Of a stretch of 64,000 nt of DNA, positions 51,142 through 60,011 are shown in pieces. The stretch's first letter is position 1. Each line of letters starts with the position of its first letter. Origin of the DNA: a bacterium (GTDB lineage: Bacteria > Patescibacteriota > CPR2 > UBA1875 > JAJYID01). The stretch covers positions 83,648-147,647 of the forward strand of contig JAJYLR010000001.1 in assembly GCA_021787535.1 (NCBI GenBank), read 5' to 3'. The position numbers were made by a program, and so were the translations under genes. The notes beneath the pieces are model-generated. The model searched no databases and was not told the DNA's origin. It was given only the letters and a program-made list of their open reading frames with translations.

Positions 51142-51896
51142 TAAGCCCTCGATTTGCTTCGACAATTAAACCTTCTTCAAAACCATCGAACTTCTGTCCA
51201 GGATGTGGCCATTCCATAATCCTCAAGAATTTAGGGCAGATAATATCAGATCTCAAAATAGAAAAAAAGACGGTATTTCCCATAGACATCGGCTGTTCGC
51301 TTCTGGCTTGGGATTTTTTTGATGTTGATACTTTCCAGACACATCATGGCCGGACCACGGCAGCAGCAGTGGGACAGAAAAGGGCGCGTCCGGATGCTAT
51401 TATCCTCGCTTACATGGGCGACGGCGGAGGGTATGCCATCGGACTGCAAAACTTAGTTCATGCCTGCTATCGCAATGAGAATATTACGGTGATTTTGGTC
51501 AACAATACTATGTTTTCCATGACCGGAGGACAGATGGCGCCGACATCTTTGCCGCATGAGGTAACATCATCATCGCCGGACGGTGCATTTACCCAAGACA
51601 AACCCTTCTACGGTCCGGAAATGCTGGCTCGCGAAGCCCATGACGGCGCATATATCGCCAGAGCGGCCGTCTCAAATCCGGGGCAGATGAAAGCTTATAT
51701 GCAAAAAGCTATCCAAAATCAGATAGACGGCAAAGGTTTTTCATTTGTCGAAGTGCTTTCGTACTGTCCGACGAACTGGAAGACAAACGCCGAACAAACA
51801 ATTAGGTTTTTAGAAAAAATGAAAGAAACGTTTCCGGTAGGAGAGATTAAAAATCCTTCTCTGTCATCCCGAGCCCATTCGACAAGCTCAGGATAA
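51138..51896 (+). CDS. 2-oxoacid:ferredoxin oxidoreductase beta subunit (TPP-binding)
   Basis: FCPGCGH, IGC, GDGG...NN, MTGGQ, CPTNW. Confidence 0.93.
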   Translation: MISPRFASTIKPSSKPSNFCPGCGHSIILKNLGQIISDLKIEKKTVFPIDIGCSLLAWDFFDVDTFQTHHGRTTAAAVGQKRARPDAIILAYMGDGGGYAIGLQNLVHACYRNENITVILVNNTMFSMTGGQMAPTSLPHEVTSSSPDGAFTQDKPFYGPEMLAREAHDGAYIARAAVSNPGQMKAYMQKAIQNQIDGKGFSFVEVLSYCPTNWKTNAEQTIRFLEKMKETFPVGEIKNPSLSSRAHSTSSG

Positions 51897-51933
51897 ACTC
51901 CGCAATAGCGGAGTCGAGGGATCCCTTAAAAAG

Positions 51934-52063
51934 AAGTAACAAGATACAAGAGACAATGACCAAACAATACTCAAAATTCAATTTTCAAGAAGCAAACGAC
52001 GTCGGTTTGTTATTTGGTTATTGTTCCTTGTTTGTACCTTGCTTTCTTGCATCTTGTATCTTT
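51934..52063. repeat. Heptamer-periodic inverted repeat; related to 19298-19424
   Basis: AAGTAACAAG...ACAATGACCAAACAA...TTGTATCTTT. Confidence 0.75.
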
Positions 52064-52080
52064 AACGACAGGAGGATGGC

Positions 52081-52677
52081 ATGAAGGACGTAAAACGAAT
52101 ACTAGTTTCAGGCGAAGGAGGACAAGGCGTTCAGACTATTGCCAAAGTTTTAGCCGAAGCAGCTTATGACTCAGGTGAGAAAGCCCTCTATGTGCCAAAC
52201 TACGGTGTGGAACAGCGCGGAGGCGTATCGCTTGGCTTTGTCCAGATTTCAAAAGAAGAGATCGGCTTTCCCAAGTTCCAAGACGCTGATATTTTGGTTA
52301 TCTTGGCTGAAAGAGCCATTGAGAGGGTGATAGAATATATCACAAAAGATACAGTAGTGATTTATGACGAAACCTTAGTATCGGAAGATAAACTGAAAGG
52401 TATTTCAAGTGAAAAGATAGCTATACAAGCGCTCAAATGCGCCGAAGAAACGATGACTGGAAGAGTGATGAACATGATTGTTCTTGGGTTTTTAGCAAAT
52501 ATGGTTGGCGGAATGAGCTTAGACAGGATGGAAAAGACCGTTCACGAACGCCTGAAGGAAAAATACGAGAGAAGCCCAGAACTGAAACATTTTAATACAA
52601 GGGCGCTGGAAATAGGAATGAGAGAAATTCCAAAAAGTTTATGGATCAAAGATGGCAAGAAGGAGGTTTCTGTATGA
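52081..52677 (+). CDS. 2-oxoacid:ferredoxin oxidoreductase gamma subunit
   Basis: GEGGQGV, YGVEQRGG, NMIVLG. Confidence 0.92.
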   Translation: MKDVKRILVSGEGGQGVQTIAKVLAEAAYDSGEKALYVPNYGVEQRGGVSLGFVQISKEEIGFPKFQDADILVILAERAIERVIEYITKDTVVIYDETLVSEDKLKGISSEKIAIQALKCAEETMTGRVMNMIVLGFLANMVGGMSLDRMEKTVHERLKEKYERSPELKHFNTRALEIGMREIPKSLWIKDGKKEVSV

Positions 52678-52922
52678 TGCGTGATTGGAAAGGCAAAATT
52701 TATTCAGATAGCCAGAAAGCATGGACAAACTTCGCCGAACTCTGCAAGGGTTGCGGACTATGCATAGAGAAATGTCCGCAGAAATGTTTGGCATTTGATA
52801 AAACAAGGACCAACCATTACGGTACCGATACCGTAAAGTGCGATATTGGCAAATGTATCGCCTGCGACATTTGCGAAATCAACTGCCCGGATATGGCGAT
52901 AAGAGTGGATCGGAAAAGTTGA
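52674..52922 (+). CDS. 2[4Fe-4S] ferredoxin / oxidoreductase delta subunit
   Basis: CKGCGLCIEKCP and CIACDICEINCP; SD AAGGAGG before ATG 52674. Confidence 0.92.
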   Translation: MMRDWKGKIYSDSQKAWTNFAELCKGCGLCIEKCPQKCLAFDKTRTNHYGTDTVKCDIGKCIACDICEINCPDMAIRVDRKS

Positions 52923-53003
52923 CTTTCTAGCCAGTTTATCATATAATTATCAAAAGAGGAGAAACCTCTTTTTTCGCATCTTTGTCAACTTAAGGAGAAT
53001 CTG

Positions 53004-53249
53004 ATGATTTATGTGCTGCAGGTGATTTTTTTCTGGATTTTTGCAATAGCCGGCGTTGTGGGAACTGTAATCGGATTTTCGAGTGCTATGTCAGGCGCGA
53101 TTATTGGTATCGCGCGGCCAGACATAGTAGACATAGATCCCAGCGGCAAAGAGGAACGTTGGATGAAGAGAGGGATTGCCGTAATGCTGATCGGTGCTGC
53201 AGGGGCTTTCCTCGTGTCTCCTTACTGGTCAGCGTTCGGTATGCTATAA
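53004..53249 (+). CDS. Small two-TM hypothetical protein
   Basis: TTGACT-17-TATAAT (52919-52947), SD AAGGAG, terminator downstream. Confidence 0.7.
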   Translation: MIYVLQVIFFWIFAIAGVVGTVIGFSSAMSGAIIGIARPDIVDIDPSGKEERWMKRGIAVMLIGAAGAFLVSPYWSAFGML

Positions 53250-53300
53250 GATCGTTCCCCAGTTTTTCTTTTCACATGGATAGCGAGCCACCGGGTTCAT

Positions 53301-53334
53301 ACTGCCGCTCTGACAAGGGCGGCAGTCTTCTTTT
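53301..53334 (+). terminator. Intrinsic terminator
   Basis: ACTGCCGCTC/GGGCGGCAGT stem then CTTCTTTT. Confidence 0.75.
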
Positions 53335-53343
53335 AAAAAAGTG

Positions 53344-53393
53344 TTGACAAAAATTTTGTATATGATATAATGATTTTCATTGCACTTTGAGAA
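53344..53393 (+). promoter_or_regulatory. Consensus sigma70 promoter with boxA-like element
   Basis: TTGACA 53344-49, 16-nt spacer with extended TG, TATAAT 53366-71; TGCACTTTGAGAA 53381-93. Confidence 0.85.
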
Positions 53394-54097
53394 TATTCGC
53401 GGTTTATACAGCTGTAATTGGTTTCTAGATTAGAGATCAGTTATAGCTGTATAAGCAAAAGTTTCCTCTCGGGTGCCACTGGAAAGTGGGACGAGGGGAC
53501 CCTCTGTACTCCCAGGGGGATACATGAGCAACCCGGAGATTGGGGAAGAGGTTGTTCTGAAAGGGAGCCGAATATAGCAGCCCCAACTGCGTATGTCGGG
53601 CCAGGTCCTCTGGTTACTCCATGAAAAACCTCATGTGGAGGTCAATGATAGAAGGAGGATATCCTGATCTAGTTTTACTGGTCTTCTATCGTTGCATCGT
53701 TAAAAGGAGATATGCACGGCAACCGCAATCTCGCCCCGAAGGAGGGAATAAAGCGGTACCAGTTGCAACTGGACGTGCGTGGGTTCTCTATTCAGTCAGG
53801 AGAATAGTTAATCTACGCTTTCAAAGATTCCCAAGGGCTTGGCTTTTATTGAAGTTCCCTCCGATGGCGGAAGGAGAGCGCTGCTCTCATATTTCTTGCC
53901 GCCCAGTGCGCCACATATGTTGGGGTACTGATCTGTGTGAGGGGGTCGGAGCTATTGGGGTCGCGGTTCTCCCGTCCTCCTTAAGGAGGCTTAGAACGAA
54001 CCGAAGTCGGTAGGGTGCCCAAATCCGGAGCCCTGAATACGCACCCTGCCCAACTAGTAAGGGACGCCTCCAATTGGAGGCGTCCCGATTTCTTTTT
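53378..54097 (+). ncRNA. Putative large structured non-coding RNA, class unknown
   Basis: Bounded by promoter and terminator; no credible ORF; GC-richer than flanks; many helices with G-U pairs on the + strand. Confidence 0.72.
54061..54097 (+). terminator. Intrinsic terminator
   Basis: GGGACGCCTCC-AATT-GGAGGCGTCCC then GATTTCTTTTT. Confidence 0.85.
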
Positions 54098-54139
54098 GTA
54101 TACTTACTCTCACTTCCCAAATCCGCTATAATAGAATGC

Positions 54140-56647
54140 ATGGCGGATTTTTTAGATGATTTAAATGAGATGCAGAAAGAGGCGGTCAAAACTACCGAAG
54201 GGCCCCTTCTTATTTTAGCCGGGGCCGGCAGCGGCAAGACCAAAGCCCTGACTTACCGCATCGCTTACTTAATTAGCGAAAAAAATGTCGATCCGGAGCG
54301 GATTTTGGCCGTGACTTTTACCAATAAAGCGGCCAAGGAAATGGTCTCGAGAGTTGAGAAACTACTCTCGAGAAATAACCAATTTCCAAGTCCCAATTTC
54401 CAATCAATTTTCAATGATCAAAATTCAAAAAGTCTGGATTCCCGCCTTCGCGGGAATGACAAGGAGGGAAAGGGATCCGTCGACTCCCATTCGGCTGCGC
54501 TCAGGGCAGGCTTTCGCGAAGTCGCTCAGAATGACAGAAAAGGGGAGCAAGAAGTCTGTCGAAATGACCCACGCACCGAAAATGGTGCGGGGCAAGCAAT
54601 ACAGAATACCGAATACTCAATACAGCATACTGTCACCGGCCGCAGGCCTGTCATGGGTACTTTTCACTCTGTTTGCGTCAAAATTCTACGGCGGGAGATA
54701 GGCCATCTCGGCTATAAATCGAGCTTTACCATTTATGACTCGGGCGACTCCAATAGGGCGGTAAAGATTGCCATGAAAGAACTCTCTATTGATGAGAAGA
54801 AATTCAATCCCAGAACAATACAAAATTACATCTCCTCGGCAAAAAATGAGCTGATTGGCGAGAAAGAGTACGCTGCGCTCGTCAACGGCTATATCCAGGA
54901 AATGGCTTCCAAAGTGTACTTTGAATACCAAAAAATTCTTAAAAACGCCCATGCGCTGGACTTTGACGATCTGATTATGAAGACGGTAGAAATCTTCCAA
55001 AAATTTCCAGAAATCTTGGAGAAATATCAGAAGCAATTCAAATATATTCATATAGATGAGTATCAGGACACAAACCACGCCCAGTATGTTTTTTCAAAAC
55101 TGCTGGCAGCTAAACATGAAAATATCTGTGTGGTGGGGGACGACTGGCAAAGTGTTTATGCATTTCGCGGGGCGAACTTCCAGAACATCCTAGATTTCGA
55201 GAAGGATTATCCGAATGCAAAAGTGGTCAAACTTGAGCAAAATTATAGATCAACAAAAACCATTTTGGATGCTGCCCATCATATTATCAAAAAGAATGAA
55301 AACCGAAGCGACAAAGAGCTCTGGACTGAAAACATTCTGGGTGTTCCTATCCTGACATTTGAGGCAAAAGACGAGGTAGATGAAGGAAGATTTATCATTC
55401 AGGAAATTTCGAGTTCAGCCCGCGATCTTTCTGATTTTGCTGTTTTATACCGCACAAATGCCCAGTCAAGAAGCCTTGAAGAACAGTTTCTAAAAGCCGG
55501 CATGAAGTACAGGATTTTCGGAGGAGTGAGGTTCTATGAGCGAAAGGAAATTAAAGATATTATCGCATACCTCAGGTTCATTCAGAATCCAAATGACTGG
55601 GTGGCGCTCGAGCGGATTATCAATGTTCCGTCGAGAGGAATAGGGGCAGCTAGTTTGAAAAAAATAAAGGAATTTTTTTCAAATAATTTGCAATTTCCAA
55701 TTTCCAATTTTCAATCAAATTCCAATAACCAAATTCCAAACAAAAGCCGTCATTTTGGGGACGATAGGACTCCAGAATCAAACTCGGATAAGGATTCTGG
55801 TCAAGCCAGAATGACGGAAGGTAAGGGTGACTTGGTTGGTATACTGGAAAAAGTGAAATTCAGCAATATTCTTTCCGGCAAAGCGCTAGCCGGATTTAAG
55901 TCATTTATGAAAGCCATTATTGAGCTCGAAGATCAGAAAGATAAATTGCAACTGGTGAAGTTCATCGATCAGGTTATGAAAAAAACCGGCTACTATGATT
56001 CGCTTGATGACAAAACTATCCAAGGTGAAGAAAGGCAGGAAAACCTGAAAGAGCTTTTGTCGGTAGCAGAGGAATTTGTCAAGGATAGAGAAGACTTCGG
56101 TCTTGAGGATTTTCTCGAGGAAGTGGCTCTTATTTCCGATATTGATAACTACTCGGAAGACGAGCAGTCCGTGGCGCTTATGACCTTGCATTCGGCCAAA
56201 GGGCTCGAGTTTCCCTGTGTTTTCATTGCCGGGATGGAAGAGGGGATCTTTCCGCATTCTCGTTCACAGCTTGATATCGAAGAAATGGAAGAAGAGCGCA
56301 GATTGGCATATGTCGGTATCACAAGAGCAAAAGAAAGAGCGTATCTGGTTAGCGCTCGCAGGCGTCTTCTCTATGGAAACTATCAGTCCAATCCGGCGTC
56401 GAGATTCATCTCTGATATTCCCGGTGAGCTCAAGAAAGACATTAACCGGTTTGAAACGTCATTGGACTCAAAGATTTATGAAAAGCAAATCCCGCAGTTT
56501 GCTCCCGGAGAAAAAGTTCTGCATGACAAGTTTGGCGTAGGCATAGTCCAAGACGTCAAAGGCGATGAGATGACTGTATCTTTTGAAAAGGTGGTGGGTC
56601 TCAAAGTTCTCTCTACCATTTACGCGCCGATTGAGAAGATAAGATGA
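54140..56647 (+). CDS. pcrA: UvrD/PcrA DNA helicase with two in-frame repeat insertions
   Basis: AGAGSGKT, TFTNKAA, TFHS, DEYQDTN, QNYRST, TLHSAKGLEF; ATG 54140. Confidence 0.96.
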   Translation: MADFLDDLNEMQKEAVKTTEGPLLILAGAGSGKTKALTYRIAYLISEKNVDPERILAVTFTNKAAKEMVSRVEKLLSRNNQFPSPNFQSIFNDQNSKSLDSRLRGNDKEGKGSVDSHSAALRAGFREVAQNDRKGEQEVCRNDPRTENGAGQAIQNTEYSIQHTVTGRRPVMGTFHSVCVKILRREIGHLGYKSSFTIYDSGDSNRAVKIAMKELSIDEKKFNPRTIQNYISSAKNELIGEKEYAALVNGYIQEMASKVYFEYQKILKNAHALDFDDLIMKTVEIFQKFPEILEKYQKQFKYIHIDEYQDTNHAQYVFSKLLAAKHENICVVGDDWQSVYAFRGANFQNILDFEKDYPNAKVVKLEQNYRSTKTILDAAHHIIKKNENRSDKELWTENILGVPILTFEAKDEVDEGRFIIQEISSSARDLSDFAVLYRTNAQSRSLEEQFLKAGMKYRIFGGVRFYERKEIKDIIAYLRFIQNPNDWVALERIINVPSRGIGAASLKKIKEFFSNNLQFPISNFQSNSNNQIPNKSRHFGDDRTPESNSDKDSGQARMTEGKGDLVGILEKVKFSNILSGKALAGFKSFMKAIIELEDQKDKLQLVKFIDQVMKKTGYYDSLDDKTIQGEERQENLKELLSVAEEFVKDREDFGLEDFLEEVALISDIDNYSEDEQSVALMTLHSAKGLEFPCVFIAGMEEGIFPHSRSQLDIEEMEEERRLAYVGITRAKERAYLVSARRRLLYGNYQSNPASRFISDIPGELKKDINRFETSLDSKIYEKQIPQFAPGEKVLHDKFGVGIVQDVKGDEMTVSFEKVVGLKVLSTIYAPIEKIR

Positions 56648-56842
56648 TAAATTGTTTTTTCTGAGCACAAAATATCGATTTTTTGCCTTTAAATCAATAT
56701 TCTGATTCTAAAAAATCTACTTGACATGGGATAGCGTAATCATTAAAATAGTCCGCGTACCTTTTAAAGCAGGGTATATACGGGTGATTGAAAAGGGCAA
56801 AATATAAACCCCTCTAAATGTTTCTATTTCTTAAAGAGGCAG

Positions 56843-58039
56843 GTGTCTATTTTACTAGGCAGAACGAGAAATTATTTTTTTAATTCTCATCTAAAAATTA
56901 ACTCGAGCATTTCGCTTTTGGCATTTATGCCGCTTTTTGCTGTTGCGCTTGGTGTAGGCAATGTTCAAAATAATACCGTTTTGAACGGCGTAGAAACGCC
57001 TGTTCGGGCTTTTTGCGATGGCCAGGAGTACGACATTAACACAAAAGCGAATATAGTTTCAGATGCTTTGAAAGAAACGCCATGCACTCTAGGGCAAAAC
57101 GATCTTTCCAATCCGTCAGCCGATTCGAAGCTTGACGGTAACTCGGTTGATGTTCATGTAACGAAGGCGATGCCGGTAACGGTTGTTGACAGCGGCAAAA
57201 TTACCGAGGCAAAAAGTGCTTATAAAAACACATCAGATATTTTAAAACAGTTAAATATTACGGTTTATCCGGAAGACAAGGTGACGTCTGAGCTCATCAT
57301 TTCAAACTTTGATAAGGATGGCTTTGGCCAGAAAATTACCATTGAAAGAAGGCCGAAGGTGACTTTAGAAGTTGACGGCAAAGTGATCAACACCGCGACT
57401 TCGAAAGAAACAGTTGGTGAATTTATAAAAGATCAAAATATTAGTCTAGGCGTAAAAGACGAGGTTACGCCGTCTCTGGACGCTAAAATTACAAGGGACA
57501 TGAAGATTATTATTACCAGAGTGAATGAAGCCGATATTAAGGAAATCAATGCCATACCTTTTGATACAATTAATAAAACCGACTACGGCTTGTATCAGGG
57601 GCAAAGCAGGGTCGAAACAGCCGGAGCGGATGGTCTGGCAATCCAGACGATCCACATAGTCTATAAAAATGGTATGCCAGTTAGCCAGATTATTGCCGAC
57701 GTTCAGGTGCTACAGCCATCTAAGACAAAGATTGTGGATGTTGGGGCTAAGCCGTATGACGCAGGCGATCTCTGGAATATCATTGTTGAAGCCGGCCAGA
57801 AATATGGTGTAGATCCCGGTTCGATGTATCGGGTAATGGAATGTGAGAGTGGCGGCCGGGTGAATGCTGTGAACTCCTGGGGTTACAAGGGCCTTTTCCA
57901 GTGGGACGGTTCATTCTATAAATGGACGGCTATTGCAGGTGTTCCGGCCGATTACTTTAATCCTAGATCTCAAATTTTTGCCACAGCAGCGCGAGTATCT
58001 GCTTCAGGCGGCTGGCGTGCTTGGCAGTGCAAACCGTAA
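56843..58039 (+). CDS. YabE/RpfB-like protein: DUF348 repeats, G5, lysozyme-like C-terminal domain
   Basis: TV...L....I.L...D.V.P repeats; MECESGG...YKGLFQW...AW. Confidence 0.8.
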   Translation: MSILLGRTRNYFFNSHLKINSSISLLAFMPLFAVALGVGNVQNNTVLNGVETPVRAFCDGQEYDINTKANIVSDALKETPCTLGQNDLSNPSADSKLDGNSVDVHVTKAMPVTVVDSGKITEAKSAYKNTSDILKQLNITVYPEDKVTSELIISNFDKDGFGQKITIERRPKVTLEVDGKVINTATSKETVGEFIKDQNISLGVKDEVTPSLDAKITRDMKIIITRVNEADIKEINAIPFDTINKTDYGLYQGQSRVETAGADGLAIQTIHIVYKNGMPVSQIIADVQVLQPSKTKIVDVGAKPYDAGDLWNIIVEAGQKYGVDPGSMYRVMECESGGRVNAVNSWGYKGLFQWDGSFYKWTAIAGVPADYFNPRSQIFATAARVSASGGWRAWQCKP

Positions 58040-58091
58040 AGTATAGCCACAGAAGAACTAAAGAACAAGATAACAGATTCGATTTATTCAA

Positions 58092-58126
58092 AAGGACAGT
58101 CCTTGCATTCTAGAAGGACTGTCCTT
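58092..58126. repeat. Doublet of AAGGACWGTCCTT palindromes
   Basis: 58092-58104 and 58114-58126; same core as 32748 and 33867. Confidence 0.8.
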
Positions 58127-58172
58127 ATTAAGTAAATTCAGCTATAATAAGCGTGCAAACAAAGAAGAAACT

Positions 58173-59051
58173 ATGGATTTAACCAATATTTTAGAATTAA
58201 AGAAATTAATGCGGACATATGGTGCTTGGCCAAACAAAGACCTTGGCCAGCATTTTTTAACTGATAAAAGCGTCTTGGCTAAAATGGTTGAAACAACCGG
58301 TCTTTCCAAGAACGATATAGTAGTAGAAGTCGGTCCAGGTCTTGGCATTATGACTCGTGAACTGGCAAAAAGAGCCAAAAAAGTTTATGCCGTTGAAATA
58401 GATCCGAAGATTGCCGAGATTCTCTCTACTACCTGCATTAAATACCCTAATATAAAAATCGTCAGAGGAGATATTAGGGATTTTAGTCCGAAAGGTATTG
58501 GAAAGTATAAGGTGGCGGCAAATCTCCCGTACTACATCACTTCTCATGTTATAAAAAAATTTCTGGAGGAAAAACATAAGCCAGCAACCATTACTGTGCT
58601 CATACAGCGAGAAGTAGCCGAAAGAATCTGCGCCAAGCCGGGCAGAATGAGTATTCTCTCTGTGGCTGTTCAGTTTTATGGGATGCCTGAGATTGTGGAG
58701 CTTGTGTCACCCATGGCTTTCTTCCCGTCACCGAAAGTTTATTCGGCAATTCTTAAAATTAAGGTTTTCAAGGAACCTCTTTTTGAAGATATAAATGCGA
58801 GAGTATTTTTCAGATTGGTCAGAGCCGGTTTTGGCGAGAAGAGGAAAATGCTGTCAAACTCAATGTCCGGAGGACTGGGCATTGATAAGGATATAGCTGA
58901 AAAGCTTTTGAAAGGCGCCGGAGTTGAGCCGATGCTTCGGGCAGAAAGATTATCTCTAGATGACTGGCGGCGCATCTATCTGGTTTTTAATAAATATTTA
59001 AACTTAAGCGGAGGTAAGAGTGCGCAGATGGCGGATCAAAGTGACTGGTGA
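58173..59051 (+). CDS. rsmA: 16S rRNA dimethyladenosine transferase
   Basis: LGQHFL, VEVGPGLG, ANLPYYIT. Confidence 0.96.
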   Translation: MDLTNILELKKLMRTYGAWPNKDLGQHFLTDKSVLAKMVETTGLSKNDIVVEVGPGLGIMTRELAKRAKKVYAVEIDPKIAEILSTTCIKYPNIKIVRGDIRDFSPKGIGKYKVAANLPYYITSHVIKKFLEEKHKPATITVLIQREVAERICAKPGRMSILSVAVQFYGMPEIVELVSPMAFFPSPKVYSAILKIKVFKEPLFEDINARVFFRLVRAGFGEKRKMLSNSMSGGLGIDKDIAEKLLKGAGVEPMLRAERLSLDDWRRIYLVFNKYLNLSGGKSAQMADQSDW

Positions 59052-59289
59052 CGTCCAAGGCGTTTTCTATCGCTTTAGCGCGAAGATGGAGGCGGAAAAG
59101 CTGGGAATAACAGGTTTTGGTGAAAATGAGTCTGATGACAGTGTCCTTATAATCGCAGAAGGCGAACAGGAAGCGTTGGAAAAATTTAGCCGGTGGTTGA
59201 AAGAAGGCCCGCCGATGGCTGAAGTTGAAGATGTACAGATCGAGGAAGATGATTATACTGGAGAATTTAAAGGTTTCGAGGTCCGGTAA
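59020..59289 (+). CDS. acyP: Acylphosphatase
   Basis: VTGDVQGVFYR, GPPMAEV. Confidence 0.93.
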   Translation: MRRWRIKVTGDVQGVFYRFSAKMEAEKLGITGFGENESDDSVLIIAEGEQEALEKFSRWLKEGPPMAEVEDVQIEEDDYTGEFKGFEVR

Positions 59290-60011
59290 TGCTGTATGTA
59301 GTTTCTACTCCGATTGGTAATCTGGATGACATCACTCTTCGCGCGCTCGAAACCTTAAAGAATGTCGATCTTGTTGCCTGCGAAGATACGCGCCATACAA
59401 AAATCCTGCTTGATAAGCATAGTATCCCTTTTTGTCATTCTGGGGACGGTAGGACGCCAGAATCTGATTCTGGGCAAGCCAGAATGACGAGCCGGTCACG
59501 GCTCGTCAGCTATCATCAGCATTCAGGGTCAGTAAAAACCGAGAAAATTCTAACGATGCTGAAAGATGGCAAAGATGTTGCTCTTGTGACTGATGCCGGT
59601 ACGCCCGGTATTTCTGATCCTGGCAGTAAGTTAGTTGCCGAAGCAGCAGCAGATGGTATCGAGATTACATCCATTCCGGGCCCTGCCGCCTTTGTGAGTG
59701 CTTTAAGCGTTTCTGGATTTGACACTTCTGAATTTATTTTTATCGGATTTCTTCCTCACAAAAAGGGACGGCAAACAAAGCTGAAAGAAATAAGCGGTGA
59801 AAAGCGGACAGTTGTGTTGTATGAATCGGTACATCGGATAAAAAAGTTGTTCGGAGAGCTGTCAGAAATTATTCCAAACAGAGAGATATGTGTTTGCCGT
59901 GAACTGACTAAGAAATTTGAAGAGATCTATCGTGGAAAACCATCAGAGCTCATGGATCAAATTATAGAAAAAGGAGAATTTGCGGTTGTTATAGGAGGCA
60001 GAAATGATTAA
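59289..60011 (+). CDS. rsmI: 16S rRNA C1402 2'-O-methyltransferase, with in-frame repeat insertion
   Basis: LYVVSTPIGNL.DIT.RA, DAGTPGISDPG, RELTKKFE. Confidence 0.96.
   Translation: MLYVVSTPIGNLDDITLRALETLKNVDLVACEDTRHTKILLDKHSIPFCHSGDGRTPESDSGQARMTSRSRLVSYHQHSGSVKTEKILTMLKDGKDVALVTDAGTPGISDPGSKLVAEAAADGIEITSIPGPAAFVSALSVSGFDTSEFIFIGFLPHKKGRQTKLKEISGEKRTVVLYESVHRIKKLFGELSEIIPNREICVCRELTKKFEEIYRGKPSELMDQIIEKGEFAVVIGGRND

Noticed and set aside
53378..54097. RNase P, tmRNA, rRNA fragment or group II intron identity for the structured region
   Set aside because: No GAGGAAAGUCC P4 strand, no tRNA-like ends or CCA, no rRNA signature and no clear domain V seen by eye; a covariance search is still needed.
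53418..54243. ORFs 53418-53624, 53621-54013 and 53887-54243 as proteins
   Set aside because: No SD or recognisable motifs, odd composition, and they overlap dense RNA-like helices; better explained as ncRNA.
54374..54630. Intein in PcrA
   Set aside because: No Cys/Ser start with His-Asn end; the insert is made of DNA repeat units.
56720..56842. c-di-AMP or c-di-GMP riboswitch upstream of the Rpf-like gene
   Set aside because: A promoter-like TTGACA...TAAAAT and a weak hairpin are present, but no riboswitch consensus was recognised.
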